Shown: positions 40,310 to 50,463 of the stretch, in pieces
Layout of the letters: each line of letters starts with the position of its first letter
How positions within the stretch are numbered: position 1 is the first letter of the stretch
NCBI GenBank assembly: GCA_965208905.1
Contig: OZ242365.1
Span: forward strand, 384,001-448,000
From: Nitrosopumilaceae archaeon
GTDB lineage: Archaea; Thermoproteota; Nitrososphaeria; Nitrososphaerales; Nitrosopumilaceae
DNA length: 64,000 nt
Direction: 5' to 3'
The notes under the pieces: generated by a model
Databases searched by the model: none
Told to the model about the DNA's origin: nothing
Seen by the model: only the letters and a program-made list of their open reading frames with translations
Position numbers and translations under genes: made by a program

Positions 40310-40743
40310 GGTTCTTATTGCAAACATGGGTATTGAGAGCGCCACACCACAAACGCCTTTTTAAGCACCCAAACCGTACTGTACACTAATAATTCCATGC
40401 ATCTACACTTTCGGCGTTAGATTCCGTAAAGGGTTCAACATGGGAATATTGGAGCGGCAGTTGGGTATGGACAGGTACGCGCATAACAAACTGTTAGAAA
40501 CCTTCAAGGAGGAATATCGTAGAACTGGTAGAGTGAATACGACGTGTGGCAGGATAAACGCCTGGTATATTGACCTGCGCAACACATCAGGACATCTACA
40601 TCAAATTATGGCACAGGCTGTCCAAAGGACGGGCGTCAAACCCCGGCCAACAAGGAACATCTCATGGAATCTCCTCTGGATGGCAACTCGCCAACATTTG
40701 TCGTACGGCAGGCTGTCATATCCCTCTAAGATTTGACAGCTCC
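40310..40743 (+). mobile_element. Chimeric deleted TnpB element (family C left part joined to family A right part)
   Basis: GGTTCTTATTGCAAACATGGG (family C TIR) at 40310, family C tnpB 5' fragment ~40400-40590, family A 3' region ~40610-40715, ends GACAGCTCC. Confidence 0.75.
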
Positions 40744-40786
40744 TCGAGGACGATATATTAGTGGGATACATCCTGTGGTTAGAGTT

Positions 40787-41788
40787 ATGGCAAAGAAGAA
40801 AGTTGTTGCTTTGTTGTCTGGAGGTTTAGATAGTCAGCTGGCGGTACGAATGATGCAGAAGCAAGGCTTTGAAGTATCCGCAGTAGCGATAAAGACCCCC
40901 TTCTGCGACTTTGATTGTGGACGTGGTTGTGGCTTTGAGATACGAGAGAGGGCAGATGACCTGAATGTCAACCTCAAGACCGTATATCTAGGTGATGAGT
41001 ACATCAAGATGCTCAAAAATCCAAAGTATGGTAGGGGAGCTGGTTTCAACCCCTGCGTAGACTGCCGAGCCATGATGTTTGATGCTGCAAAAGAACACAT
41101 GGAAGAGATAGGAGCTGATTTTGTAATATCTGGTGAAGTTGTGGGCCAGAGGCCAATGAGTCAACATAGAAGAGCCCTCAAAACCATAGAAGAAGAGTCT
41201 GAACTTGATGGTGTAATTGTAAGGCCCCTCTCAGGAGGACTACTGCCAGCCACCAAACCCGAAAAGGATGGACTCATACAGCGGAAGGATTTGGGTATGA
41301 TTAGGGGCAGGAGTCGAAAACCGCAACTGGCAATGGCTAAAGAGTTTGGTATACGAGACCCGCCCAATGCGGGAGGTGGATGCCTGCTGACAGACCCGGG
41401 CTTTGGATTACGCGCCGAGGATCTTTTTTCACATATAGAGACCCCTACAATCAACGATATAGATTTGCTAAAAGTAGGCAGGCATTATCGTTTAGACCAG
41501 CAGACAAAGATGGTTATAGGACGAAACAAGACGGAGAATCATACAATACAGATGCTAGCTTTACCCAATGATATAACACTAGAAGTCAGAGATCATATGG
41601 GCCCCACCACCATACTACGGGGTGATACCGCCAAAGATTATGTAGAGTTTGCCGCATCAGTTACACTGAGATACTCTGATGCGCCTGATGGGTATGGAGT
41701 CGTAACAGTCTTGGGCAACACAAAGACCGAGTGTAAGGTGAAAGCCGCCATCGAAGACGACTATCTAAAATACCGAATCAATCCATAA
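40787..41788 (+). CDS. ThiI-like PP-loop ATPase / tRNA thiolation-related protein
   Basis: SGGLDS PP-loop, NPCVDCR, GEVVGQRPMSQ, GGCLLTD and LKVGRH motifs; start moved to ATG 40787. Confidence 0.85.
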   Translation: MAKKKVVALLSGGLDSQLAVRMMQKQGFEVSAVAIKTPFCDFDCGRGCGFEIRERADDLNVNLKTVYLGDEYIKMLKNPKYGRGAGFNPCVDCRAMMFDAAKEHMEEIGADFVISGEVVGQRPMSQHRRALKTIEEESELDGVIVRPLSGGLLPATKPEKDGLIQRKDLGMIRGRSRKPQLAMAKEFGIRDPPNAGGGCLLTDPGFGLRAEDLFSHIETPTINDIDLLKVGRHYRLDQQTKMVIGRNKTENHTIQMLALPNDITLEVRDHMGPTTILRGDTAKDYVEFAASVTLRYSDAPDGYGVVTVLGNTKTECKVKAAIEDDYLKYRINP

Positions 41789-42042
41789 TTTGTTATATAA
41801 CGACTAAATCAAAGATTGACTAGAGTTCGCACGTTATGAATCTGCGCAAACTGCAAGGTAACAAAATATGATGATATACGCGTACAGTATTGGGTACGCG
41901 TGGAGTATAAAATTAGGTAACATCAAACTATGAATTTATTCCACATCTCCACGACACGGTAATCACTTTGAGCGTGCAGCACACTCGTAGTTTGCCCTAC
42001 AATACATTAACATTATAAATCACCATATAATGGATTTAATCT

Positions 42043-42522
42043 ATGGGGTATCTAAAGAACCATTTAGCTACTTTGGTAACGGGGGTCTTTGCTGCTGTAA
42101 TGACCGTGTTGTGGGCGTGGTTTAACGGATTTGCACCCGTGCTAGACTTTGTCTTTATAATGGCAGTCCCCATATCGTGGTTCTTGGTGATAGTACTCTG
42201 GCTTGCGCAGATGAGTACCGACTATATGCATAATCAGAACCATTCTGCCGAATCAGGTACACATGTAGCACAAAAGACAAAGTCTGTACATAGCATGAGC
42301 CATTCTACTGAGTCGGGTACGCAGGTGGCAGTACAAAACACAGAGATGCAGTCTGCCCGGGAGGATTTGAGTAAAGAGCTGGAGAGTCTAAAGAAGGATG
42401 TTAAATTAAAAGACGAACAGATAGAGCGCCTACAAAAACAGATATCCGCCCTAAAGACACGCGTCGAAATAGAGTCCATACAGGCAGAGTTGGCCCGATT
42501 ACGAGCAATGACATCAGACTAG
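42043..42522 (+). CDS. Membrane protein with C-terminal coiled coil and an internal 20-aa duplication
   Basis: 2 TM helices; HSAESGTHVA/HSTESGTQVA repeat with 60-nt period. Confidence 0.7.
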   Translation: MGYLKNHLATLVTGVFAAVMTVLWAWFNGFAPVLDFVFIMAVPISWFLVIVLWLAQMSTDYMHNQNHSAESGTHVAQKTKSVHSMSHSTESGTQVAVQNTEMQSAREDLSKELESLKKDVKLKDEQIERLQKQISALKTRVEIESIQAELARLRAMTSD

Positions 42523-42616
42523 TGGCAGCACTTTACACCGTGATTTCTTTTACAACTAGGACAGCTATGTGCACCACCATAATGGCATTTACAATCACAT
42601 AACTCTGTGGGGTCAA

Positions 42617-43165
42617 TCAAGATCCTCTCACCTTTCTGGTAAGTGTCAGTGTATCATCAACCATCTGTCGGAGTCTCTCTTTGGTAGGTTCAGCAACAAC
42701 ACCATCCACCACATCTTGTGTGGTCATGTATACCGCTTTTGGATTTGCAATCACTTGAAAATAACTGAGTAACTGCGTAAGTAATGTTTGAACGTCGGTA
42801 AAACCAATATTTCCTGCTGCCAAAATTGCCATTCCTGCCACCTTACCTGCTGTTGCTTTGTAGTTTATGTATTCGAACAAATTTTTAAGGGCACCACTAA
42901 AAAACGAGTTATAGATGGGTGTGCCTACAATCCAAACATCTGCATCAGTAATCAGTTTGGCCGCCTTTGTTGTATCCTCGTTATACTGTATACCATACCC
43001 TCTATAACACTCAATATCATACTCGGCCAGATTAATAAATTCAACTTCTACATTTTGGGACAATATATACTCGTGCACATACTTCATGGGTATTTGAGTT
43101 ACAGAGTTTGCGCGGGGACTACCGGATATAACCACAACCTTCATGCGTGTAAAACATACTGCCAT
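42617..43165 (-). CDS. NADPH-dependent FMN reductase
   Basis: ISGSPRANS and GTPIYNSFFSGALKNLFE motifs. Confidence 0.9.
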   Translation of the reverse strand: MAVCFTRMKVVVISGSPRANSVTQIPMKYVHEYILSQNVEVEFINLAEYDIECYRGYGIQYNEDTTKAAKLITDADVWIVGTPIYNSFFSGALKNLFEYINYKATAGKVAGMAILAAGNIGFTDVQTLLTQLLSYFQVIANPKAVYMTTQDVVDGVVAEPTKERLRQMVDDTLTLTRKVRGS

Positions 43166-43239
43166 CTATTTAAACCAAAGTTTGCCTCTAAAATATCTGA
43201 TAAATGCAAATTTATTGGTAAATAGTTATCTAATATGCG

Positions 43240-44730
43240 ATGAATTCAGATATCTCCAAGATGCTTGTCAGATGCATTGACGACGCTGCGCCATATCGCA
43301 TATCCGGCTCGGATGTTTCACTGTTTTTAAAGTCTCCCTTCTCTTTATACTGCAAAAATTTTGTAGACCACTCCGAGATGGACTCTTACGATTATAGTCA
43401 AGAGATCTTTACAAAGTACGGTCATGACTATGAAGGTGAACTTTTGAACAAAAAGTATCCTGATATACCACACAAAAAACACAGTCAGAAAAAGCAGACA
43501 AAACACAGGAAAACAAATCCAGACAATACTCGTAAAAGGAATTTTCAAAAGACATTATACCACATGTATAATGGTACAGAGAGTCTCTTGGAACCACTAC
43601 TGTGTTTTTTGCCCTGGGGGATGCATGGCAGTCCAGATATTTTAGAACGGCAGGAGGGAGAGTCGAATTTTGGCGAATATCACTATATAGTAAAAGAGAT
43701 CAAATCATCAAAAAAGATAAAGCAGAGACATACCATGCAGGCCGCATTTTATAATATGATGTTAGGTGAAATACAAGGGTACATACCTGAGAAGTTTTAC
43801 TTGTTAAATGGAGCTGGCGATGACATAGAGTACAGCTACAAAGAGTGTAGAGAGGAGCTAGCCAGTATCTTAACAAAGATTGTTAAGATAAAGAATGGCC
43901 ACGTACCGCCTGCACTGTACGGTCGAGGTATATTTCCCTGGAGTAATTACTGTGACAAGATGGCCATACATAATGACGATATATCACTAATAAGTAAAAT
44001 TGGAGATGGTACCCGTCTAATATTAGAGGAGAATGGAATCAATACACTAACAAAATTACTAGATTATAATATGCAAAAATTACTAGAATTAAGGATAAAG
44101 CCCAAAGAAGCGCACTACTACATCACTAAAGCCACTGCATTAAAGACAAAAAGTGCTGTAGGTTTTGGGAGTGTTGTACCTATTTCATCTGTAGAGAATG
44201 AGATATTTCTAAGGCTTGATGAGGGTATGAACGGAGAGCCATACATGCTGGGAGTATTAACTCGCAACAAAAAGTCCAAAGAGTACATGTCGTTTATATC
44301 GGCAGGTCCGGGGCAGGATGATAAATTACTGTCAGAATTTTTACTACATTTAAAAAATATTAATAATTTTGAGATATATTATTGGGGAAGTGACGGTGAG
44401 ACTCCCATCACCAAATTAATTCAAAGATATCATAGTGAGAATATCATACATGATATTCCCATGGTTAATCTACAAAGTTTGGTAAACAACACAGTTGCAT
44501 TTCCCACGTATAGAGATAGACTCAAACTGATTGCTGAATGGATTGGTTTTGAGTGGTCTGATGCCGAGGCCGAGTGGGGGAAGGGTGTTATGATGTACAC
44601 AAAATATATTCAAAATACAGCCCGACAGGACTGTTTAGATTACATTATAATGTACAACAAGGACAACTGTCTGGCCATGGCTGTAATTTTGGACTGGTTG
44701 ATTGCGCAGGGCCATTTGAGGCGGGCTTGA
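43240..44730 (+). CDS. TM0106-family RecB-like nuclease with C-terminal RNase H-like domain
   Basis: GSPDIL..EIKSS..QAAFY (PD-(D/E)XK plus QxxxY), HhH region, AFPTY..LKLIA..GFEW and YNKDNC motifs. Confidence 0.8.
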   Translation: MNSDISKMLVRCIDDAAPYRISGSDVSLFLKSPFSLYCKNFVDHSEMDSYDYSQEIFTKYGHDYEGELLNKKYPDIPHKKHSQKKQTKHRKTNPDNTRKRNFQKTLYHMYNGTESLLEPLLCFLPWGMHGSPDILERQEGESNFGEYHYIVKEIKSSKKIKQRHTMQAAFYNMMLGEIQGYIPEKFYLLNGAGDDIEYSYKECREELASILTKIVKIKNGHVPPALYGRGIFPWSNYCDKMAIHNDDISLISKIGDGTRLILEENGINTLTKLLDYNMQKLLELRIKPKEAHYYITKATALKTKSAVGFGSVVPISSVENEIFLRLDEGMNGEPYMLGVLTRNKKSKEYMSFISAGPGQDDKLLSEFLLHLKNINNFEIYYWGSDGETPITKLIQRYHSENIIHDIPMVNLQSLVNNTVAFPTYRDRLKLIAEWIGFEWSDAEAEWGKGVMMYTKYIQNTARQDCLDYIIMYNKDNCLAMAVILDWLIAQGHLRRA

Positions 44731-44796
44731 AGGGCTTCGATCCCTCGACCTGTAACTTAGGAGGCTACCGCGCTATCCATACTGCGCCACAAGCCC
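44722..44796 (-). tRNA. tRNA-Arg(CCT)
   Basis: Reverse complement GGGCTTG..GTAGC CTCCTAA GTTAC..CAAGCCCG folds into a cloverleaf. Confidence 0.88.
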
Positions 44797-44820
44797 ATAG
44801 ACAGGCATACTTGTATTAAT

Positions 44821-45564
44821 TTAAGCGTACTCTGACTCTCCCAAGGTTTTATCCAGTTCACTCCATTGTACATTGGGCTCCCCATTCCAGACCTCATAAT
44901 CTATCACATCCTTAAGTTGCAAGCGAGGCAGCCAGCCTGTCGCCTCTAAATCCGGCTTTGTGGGAAAGTCATCCACATAACCTAAACACAGATACGCCAC
45001 TGGCTCAACATGTGATGGTAAATTCAAATGTTTTTTAATTATATTATTAGACAGTATGCTGACCCAGCCAACACCCACATCCTCGGCACGAGCTGCCAAC
45101 CACAGATTCTGTATTGCGCAACAGACACTATACACTCCGGTCTGCGGTATACTCCCCCGCCCTATAACAAATGGTCCAAATCGTGTAGGGTCATACGTGA
45201 CGCATATGTTAAGATAAGACTCCATGATACCTTCGAGTTTTAATTGCATGTAATGTGAACGGCGTGGCTCCTCTACCATATTGGCAGTTTGCTCTTTCTC
45301 TTCTTCAAATGATTTTTTTATGGCTTTACGGGTTCCGGAATTTTTAACTAAAATGAAATTCCAAGGCTGAGAAAAACCTACCGATGGTGCATGGTGAGCT
45401 GCATGTAGGATACGAGCCAAGACATCAGAAGGTATTGGCTTATTTGTAAAGTATGATCTGACATCCCTGCGGGTATGTATTGCCTTGTACAAACCGGCCT
45501 TCTCCTCATCTGTAAACTCCATCATACATTCTCTAAATTTGGAATAATATACATGTAAATACAA
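44821..45564 (-). CDS. bluB: 5,6-dimethylbenzimidazole synthase
   Basis: RRDVR, APSVGFSQPWNF, LKLEGI, SVCCAIQNLWLAARAE and GWVS motifs. Confidence 0.93.
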   Translation of the reverse strand: MYLHVYYSKFRECMMEFTDEEKAGLYKAIHTRRDVRSYFTNKPIPSDVLARILHAAHHAPSVGFSQPWNFILVKNSGTRKAIKKSFEEEKEQTANMVEEPRRSHYMQLKLEGIMESYLNICVTYDPTRFGPFVIGRGSIPQTGVYSVCCAIQNLWLAARAEDVGVGWVSILSNNIIKKHLNLPSHVEPVAYLCLGYVDDFPTKPDLEATGWLPRLQLKDVIDYEVWNGEPNVQWSELDKTLGESEYA

Positions 45565-45786
45565 TTTTGGCTGATGGTCTAAATTATGCCATACAGGTGA
45601 CTTTACGGGGACCTTCTGTCGTGTATCATTACTACATTTTGATATTTTATGTTATATACACTGCGGACATAATCTGTTTATTTTTTTATATTGTTTGCAT
45701 TGGGCTGTCTGATTATCTCTAAAAAATTCACTCATAATTGAAACGCAGATACTAGCTATAAATTTGGACAATAGCCCACGTATATA

Positions 45787-46848
45787 ATGCAGAGACGCCA
45801 TAACCTATTACAGGAGGCTCAAAAGTGCGGATACGACTCTCTTGTGGCATTTACCCCGGAGAATTTATACTACATGACTGGCTTTTGGGGCGAGGCCGTC
45901 GGCATACTGACCCAAAATGATACAACAATAGTAGTCCCCGAACTAGAGTCTGATCGTGCCAAGGCCGAGTCACAAGACTGTATCGTGCAATCATCCGAGC
46001 GTGGAGCTCGTCTTATACCTCAGGTGTCATCATTACTTGATAAAAAAGGCAGTCCATGTACTGACTGTCCAGACTATGCCACAATGAAGATACTCTTAAA
46101 GGATGCACCAAATGTCACGCACGACACAAAACCATTTCTTAACACCCGCATGATAAAAGACAATACAGAGATTCGGAGACTACGCCAAGCATCTCGTATC
46201 ATTGATGGCCTCTTTGATACATGTACTGCTTCTATAAGGCCCGGACGTACAGAGTTGGAGTTGCAGGCCATACTAATGTCTGAAGCCATAAAACAGAACA
46301 TGTTTGACACTGGATATCCATCAACATTAAACCCCTTGATTGTTGCCAGTGGTCCCAACAGCGCCCTTCCTCACGCCCAGCCCACACGACGAAAATTCAG
46401 AGATGGTGATATGGTGACAGTGGACATTACATTGAGGTATAATGGATACATCTCTGATGCTACCCGTACATTTGGCATAGGGCATATATCAAAGAAGGCC
46501 AAAGAGGTATATGATTTAGTTAAAGAGTCGCAGATGTGTGGCTTAAAGGAGGCGGCGCCAGATGTGCTGTGCAGCACAATAGACCAAACATGTCGTGATG
46601 TTATAGATGAGGCAGGATATGGGGAATACTTTATCCATTCTACAGGACACGGTATAGGGCTTGATGTGCACGAATCACCTACAATATCAAAGTACAGTGA
46701 TTATACACTACAAGACAGGATGGCTGTAACTGTGGAACCTGGAATCTATATTCCCAAAAGATTCGGCGTCCGGATAGAGGACTCCATAATGATTGGTGGC
46801 CGCCAAAAATCCATGCATAAATTTACCAAAGATCTCATTATAATATAA
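45787..46848 (+). CDS. Xaa-Pro aminopeptidase (M24 family)
   Basis: GPNSALPH, DITLRYNGYISD, HSTGHGIGLDVHE, EPGIY and GVRIED motifs. Confidence 0.93.
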   Translation: MQRRHNLLQEAQKCGYDSLVAFTPENLYYMTGFWGEAVGILTQNDTTIVVPELESDRAKAESQDCIVQSSERGARLIPQVSSLLDKKGSPCTDCPDYATMKILLKDAPNVTHDTKPFLNTRMIKDNTEIRRLRQASRIIDGLFDTCTASIRPGRTELELQAILMSEAIKQNMFDTGYPSTLNPLIVASGPNSALPHAQPTRRKFRDGDMVTVDITLRYNGYISDATRTFGIGHISKKAKEVYDLVKESQMCGLKEAAPDVLCSTIDQTCRDVIDEAGYGEYFIHSTGHGIGLDVHESPTISKYSDYTLQDRMAVTVEPGIYIPKRFGVRIEDSIMIGGRQKSMHKFTKDLIII

Positions 46849-46853
46849 TATGA

Positions 46854-47309
46854 TCAGTCATAGTAATACACCAAATCTACAATATCTTTTGAGAGATTGT
46901 TGTTTCCAGACACGCCCTCATCTGTGACATTTATGTTCATATCAAAGTATAACTCACCGTTATACGACTCAAAATCCAAGACTATTCTGTATAGGCCCCC
47001 ACCAGTATCTGTAACTATAACGTGTAGTGTGGTGGAGCGATGCTCATACACGTTACCATCTGGATATTGGTCTGCTATTCTCTCCGATATGGCCTCATAG
47101 ACGTTTATACCAGTATCATTGGGCCCTGTATAGTCAAAGAGGCTCTGTAATATTCGGGTCTCATCTGGGTTTAGTGTCTCTGGTATTATATCTTCAAGTT
47201 CGACCGCTAAAATACCTGGTACTACAAAGACTATCAGAATAGTTACACCAGCAAGATAGAATGGTGCCCTCTTCTTTAGGAACTTTTTACTCTCCCTCTC
47301 TTTCACCAT
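46854..47309 (-). CDS. Hypothetical membrane-anchored protein
   Basis: N-terminal basic stretch and TM helix; directly follows the methyltransferase gene. Confidence 0.65.
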   Translation of the reverse strand: MVKERESKKFLKKRAPFYLAGVTILIVFVVPGILAVELEDIIPETLNPDETRILQSLFDYTGPNDTGINVYEAISERIADQYPDGNVYEHRSTTLHVIVTDTGGGLYRIVLDFESYNGELYFDMNINVTDEGVSGNNNLSKDIVDLVYYYD

Positions 47310-47313
47310 GACT

Positions 47314-48141
47314 TTATACTGTTGCGCCTAAAATTAAGACTTGCCATGGGAATTCTATAATATTCTCTTTGGTGTATTGCGCAGTTCTGCGTCGTATAGC
47401 CTCTTGTAGACTGTTCCTCTCCGTTTCGGTTAATGATTCAATCTTTTGTTGGTACGGTTTAGCTAAATATTGAGTATAATTTTTCCAGTATGATGTAAAG
47501 TCGCCAGGACTGAACGTATATGTTACATCTTTTATAACTATATCAGCAAAGCCTGCATCCCTTACTAGTTTATGTAGTGGTTCTCTCTGCGCATACCTAT
47601 CTAGAGGTGGCATATCAGACCTATAAAAGTCGGGTATGTAACGGACTATCTCTTCGATGAAACATGTGTAGTATGGTGTATTTTTACCATGGACGACAAT
47701 ACCCAACCTTCCGCCCTCTTTTATAACACTCTTCAAGTTTGACAGGGCAGCAGGAGCATCCGGAAAGAAGAATATGCCAAACTGACAGGTTACCGCATCA
47801 AAGAGATGAGTAAATTTTACAGTCTCTGCATCACCATTTACAAAATCCAGATTGGGCAAAACCATATTGGTCTGTTTTGCTATATTCAGGGCAGTCTGGG
47901 ACATGTCTACTCCTACTACATATCCTTGTGTACCCACCAGCTTTATCAATTGCAATATTACAGAGCCCGTGCCACAGGCCACATCCAATACATGCTCACC
48001 TCCCTTTATACTGATCAACTCTAGCATCTTACTGGCGCAGCTAAAAGGTCCTATTGTGGGGCTTATCCACCTTTTGTGGTAGCGAGGCGCCACCTCATTC
48101 CAAATATTCATGCAAGTTTTCTTTTGAGAGGCTGCGTCCAA
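47314..48141 (-). CDS. Class I SAM-dependent methyltransferase
   Basis: VLDVACGTG, GVDMS, GDAE and FDAVTCQFG motifs. Confidence 0.9.
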   Translation of the reverse strand: MDAASQKKTCMNIWNEVAPRYHKRWISPTIGPFSCASKMLELISIKGGEHVLDVACGTGSVILQLIKLVGTQGYVVGVDMSQTALNIAKQTNMVLPNLDFVNGDAETVKFTHLFDAVTCQFGIFFFPDAPAALSNLKSVIKEGGRLGIVVHGKNTPYYTCFIEEIVRYIPDFYRSDMPPLDRYAQREPLHKLVRDAGFADIVIKDVTYTFSPGDFTSYWKNYTQYLAKPYQQKIESLTETERNSLQEAIRRRTAQYTKENIIEFPWQVLILGATV

Positions 48142-48406
48142 GTATATTTCTAAAAGTTATGCCAATTGTAATACTTAACGCTGCACAAAAGATATGATAC
48201 AAGAACTCTCTACGTTCAGACACCCCTTGGCATGGTTGTTATACGTGATTGTAGTTACGAACTGTCCGAAGCGAATTAAATCAAGACTAACAATGGCCAG
48301 ATAATGCCCAAGAACCTAAAATTTTCATTTTTTCTATATACACGCGCAGAAAAGTTGCCAGCCTATCTTGGTGATACCCGTGAGATACGACCCTTTTGAG
48401 AGAGAC

Positions 48407-49654
48407 TTACAGATTGGTCTTTTCTGCCCACTTCTCTTCTATCTTCTCCTTCATGAACTTGACTATATCCTGCTTCTTCTTACGTCCTGAAGTAGAGTGT
48501 GCCTCTGCATCTACTATGATTATCTTGTTATTTTCAGGGTCACTTTGGTAACCGTCCCCTACATCATTGGCCACCATAAGATCTGCCTTTGACTCTAGGA
48601 GCTTTGCCCGGGCGATTCTTATCAAATCTTCTTCGGATATGTTCACCTCGGCTTTGAATCCCACCAAGAAAGAGTCCGGAGCGGCATCGCGTATCCGGTC
48701 TATTATTTTGGGTGTCTTTGTAAAGACCAATTTTATGTCATCACCAGTACTGTCTATCTTGGAACGGTTATACTCAGAAGGGGTGTAGTCAGCCGCCGCC
48801 GCCATCATTATTACAATATCATAATGTTCTCTGGATTCGCGTATGGTGGCCTCCATCATCTCAGAGACACTAGTCACATTTATCACCTTGGCGCCGGATG
48901 GTGGCCTCTCCCGACCCGGACCATATACCATTGTGACATTACATCCATCTAGAATCAACTCCTTGGCTAATAGTACTCCAGTCATACCCGTACTCATGTT
49001 GGTTATGGCCCGTACCGGGTCTATACGCTCTAAAGTTGGGCCCGCCACCACCAATACCTTTCTGTCGCGCAGTACGGTGGGTTTTGTTAGTATGTCGGTG
49101 ACTGCATCTAACAACTCTGATGGCTCCACCACCTTTGCCTTTCCTTCTGAAATTTTAGGTGAAAGAAAGCGTACCGACTGCTCCAAAAATTTGATATTTC
49201 TTTGGACAGCCACATTATTGTATATGGCATCATGCATGGCCGGGCATATTAGAATGGGCGTCCCTGAACCAAGTGCGGTTGTCAGTATGGTGGAGAGTGC
49301 CGTGTCGTCGACACCGTTTGCCAACTTTCCTATTGTATTTGCAGTGGCCGGATATACTATAACTATGTCTGATTTTTTATGGTCTGCAATCTCTATATGC
49401 TCCATGTCTCCGCCCAAAGATGACACTGTGGGATTTCCAGTGGCCCATGTGAAGTATGTGGACGTTATCAACTTTGCGGCAGCCGGACTCTGTACGCATT
49501 GAACCGAGGCACCATGCCGCATCAACAGGCGGGCTGCCTCTATGGCTTTGTATGCGGCTACACTACCTGTTATACACATTACTATTTTTTTACCATTTAA
49601 TGCCGTCCCTTCAGAACCGGTTATATCCAAAGATGAATGTTTATCACTATACAT
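48407..49654 (-). CDS. coaBC: Phosphopantothenoylcysteine decarboxylase/ligase
   Basis: TGSVAAYK, PATANTIGK, PAMH, IDPVRAITN, AAAADY, GFKAE and VANDV motifs. Confidence 0.95.
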   Translation of the reverse strand: MYSDKHSSLDITGSEGTALNGKKIVMCITGSVAAYKAIEAARLLMRHGASVQCVQSPAAAKLITSTYFTWATGNPTVSSLGGDMEHIEIADHKKSDIVIVYPATANTIGKLANGVDDTALSTILTTALGSGTPILICPAMHDAIYNNVAVQRNIKFLEQSVRFLSPKISEGKAKVVEPSELLDAVTDILTKPTVLRDRKVLVVAGPTLERIDPVRAITNMSTGMTGVLLAKELILDGCNVTMVYGPGRERPPSGAKVINVTSVSEMMEATIRESREHYDIVIMMAAAADYTPSEYNRSKIDSTGDDIKLVFTKTPKIIDRIRDAAPDSFLVGFKAEVNISEEDLIRIARAKLLESKADLMVANDVGDGYQSDPENNKIIIVDAEAHSTSGRKKKQDIVKFMKEKIEEKWAEKTNL

Positions 49655-50463
49655 TATACATCATCTCCAAAGGAGTGCTCTTTAGCTGGAAACCGTTCAT
49701 TCTCCACATCCTCTTTGTATGTATGTATAGCCCATCTTATATCCTCCGATAGATTGGCGTACTGCTTTACAAACCGTAGGCTGCTTTTGTGCATTCCCAA
49801 CATATCTTGTATCACCAACACCTGACCATCACACCCCACCCCGGACCCTATTCCGATTGTGGGTATATCTACAGAATCTGTAATTGTACGCGCCGTGTGC
49901 GATGCCACCTTCTCTAGCACTATACAGAACGCCCCAGCCTCTTGTAAGGCTTGTGCGTCATTCTGTAGAACCTCTGCCGCTTCTTTATCTGCCCCCCGAA
50001 CACCATAACCGTCCAGTATTTCAGCACTTTGAGGCTGTAACCCTATGTGTCCCATCACGGGTATCCCAGCGTTTACAATACTTTGTATCGTCTCTGCTTG
50101 TTGCATGCCCCCCTCTAGTTTTACTGCATCGGCGCCACACTGTATTAGTCTCCCTGAATTTCGTATGGCTTCCTGTTTACTCACATTATACGATAAAAAG
50201 GGTAAATCTGCCACGACTAGAGCCTCCTTTCTGCCACGGGAGACGGCTCCTGCAAAGCTGCACATCTCATCCATACTGACGGGTATTGTGCTTTTATATC
50301 CCAACATAACCATCCCGGCACTATCTCCCACCAACAGAATGTCCGCGCCTCCCTCATCACAGAGCGTAGCCATTGTATAGTCGTATGCAGTGACTGTAAC
50401 TATCTTCTTTTTATTCTTCATACGTGTTATGTCCATCACCCTATTATGCATCAATATATTCAT
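49654..50463 (-). CDS. panB: 3-methyl-2-oxobutanoate hydroxymethyltransferase
   Basis: TAYD, LVGDS, DLPF, VKLEGG, GHIGL and GIGSG..DGQVLV motifs. Confidence 0.95.
   Translation of the reverse strand: MNILMHNRVMDITRMKNKKKIVTVTAYDYTMATLCDEGGADILLVGDSAGMVMLGYKSTIPVSMDEMCSFAGAVSRGRKEALVVADLPFLSYNVSKQEAIRNSGRLIQCGADAVKLEGGMQQAETIQSIVNAGIPVMGHIGLQPQSAEILDGYGVRGADKEAAEVLQNDAQALQEAGAFCIVLEKVASHTARTITDSVDIPTIGIGSGVGCDGQVLVIQDMLGMHKSSLRFVKQYANLSEDIRWAIHTYKEDVENERFPAKEHSFGDDV

Noticed and set aside
40272-40352. N-terminal extension of the KamA-like ORF
   Set aside because: Runs into the chimeric element's left TIR; the real start is probably 40271.
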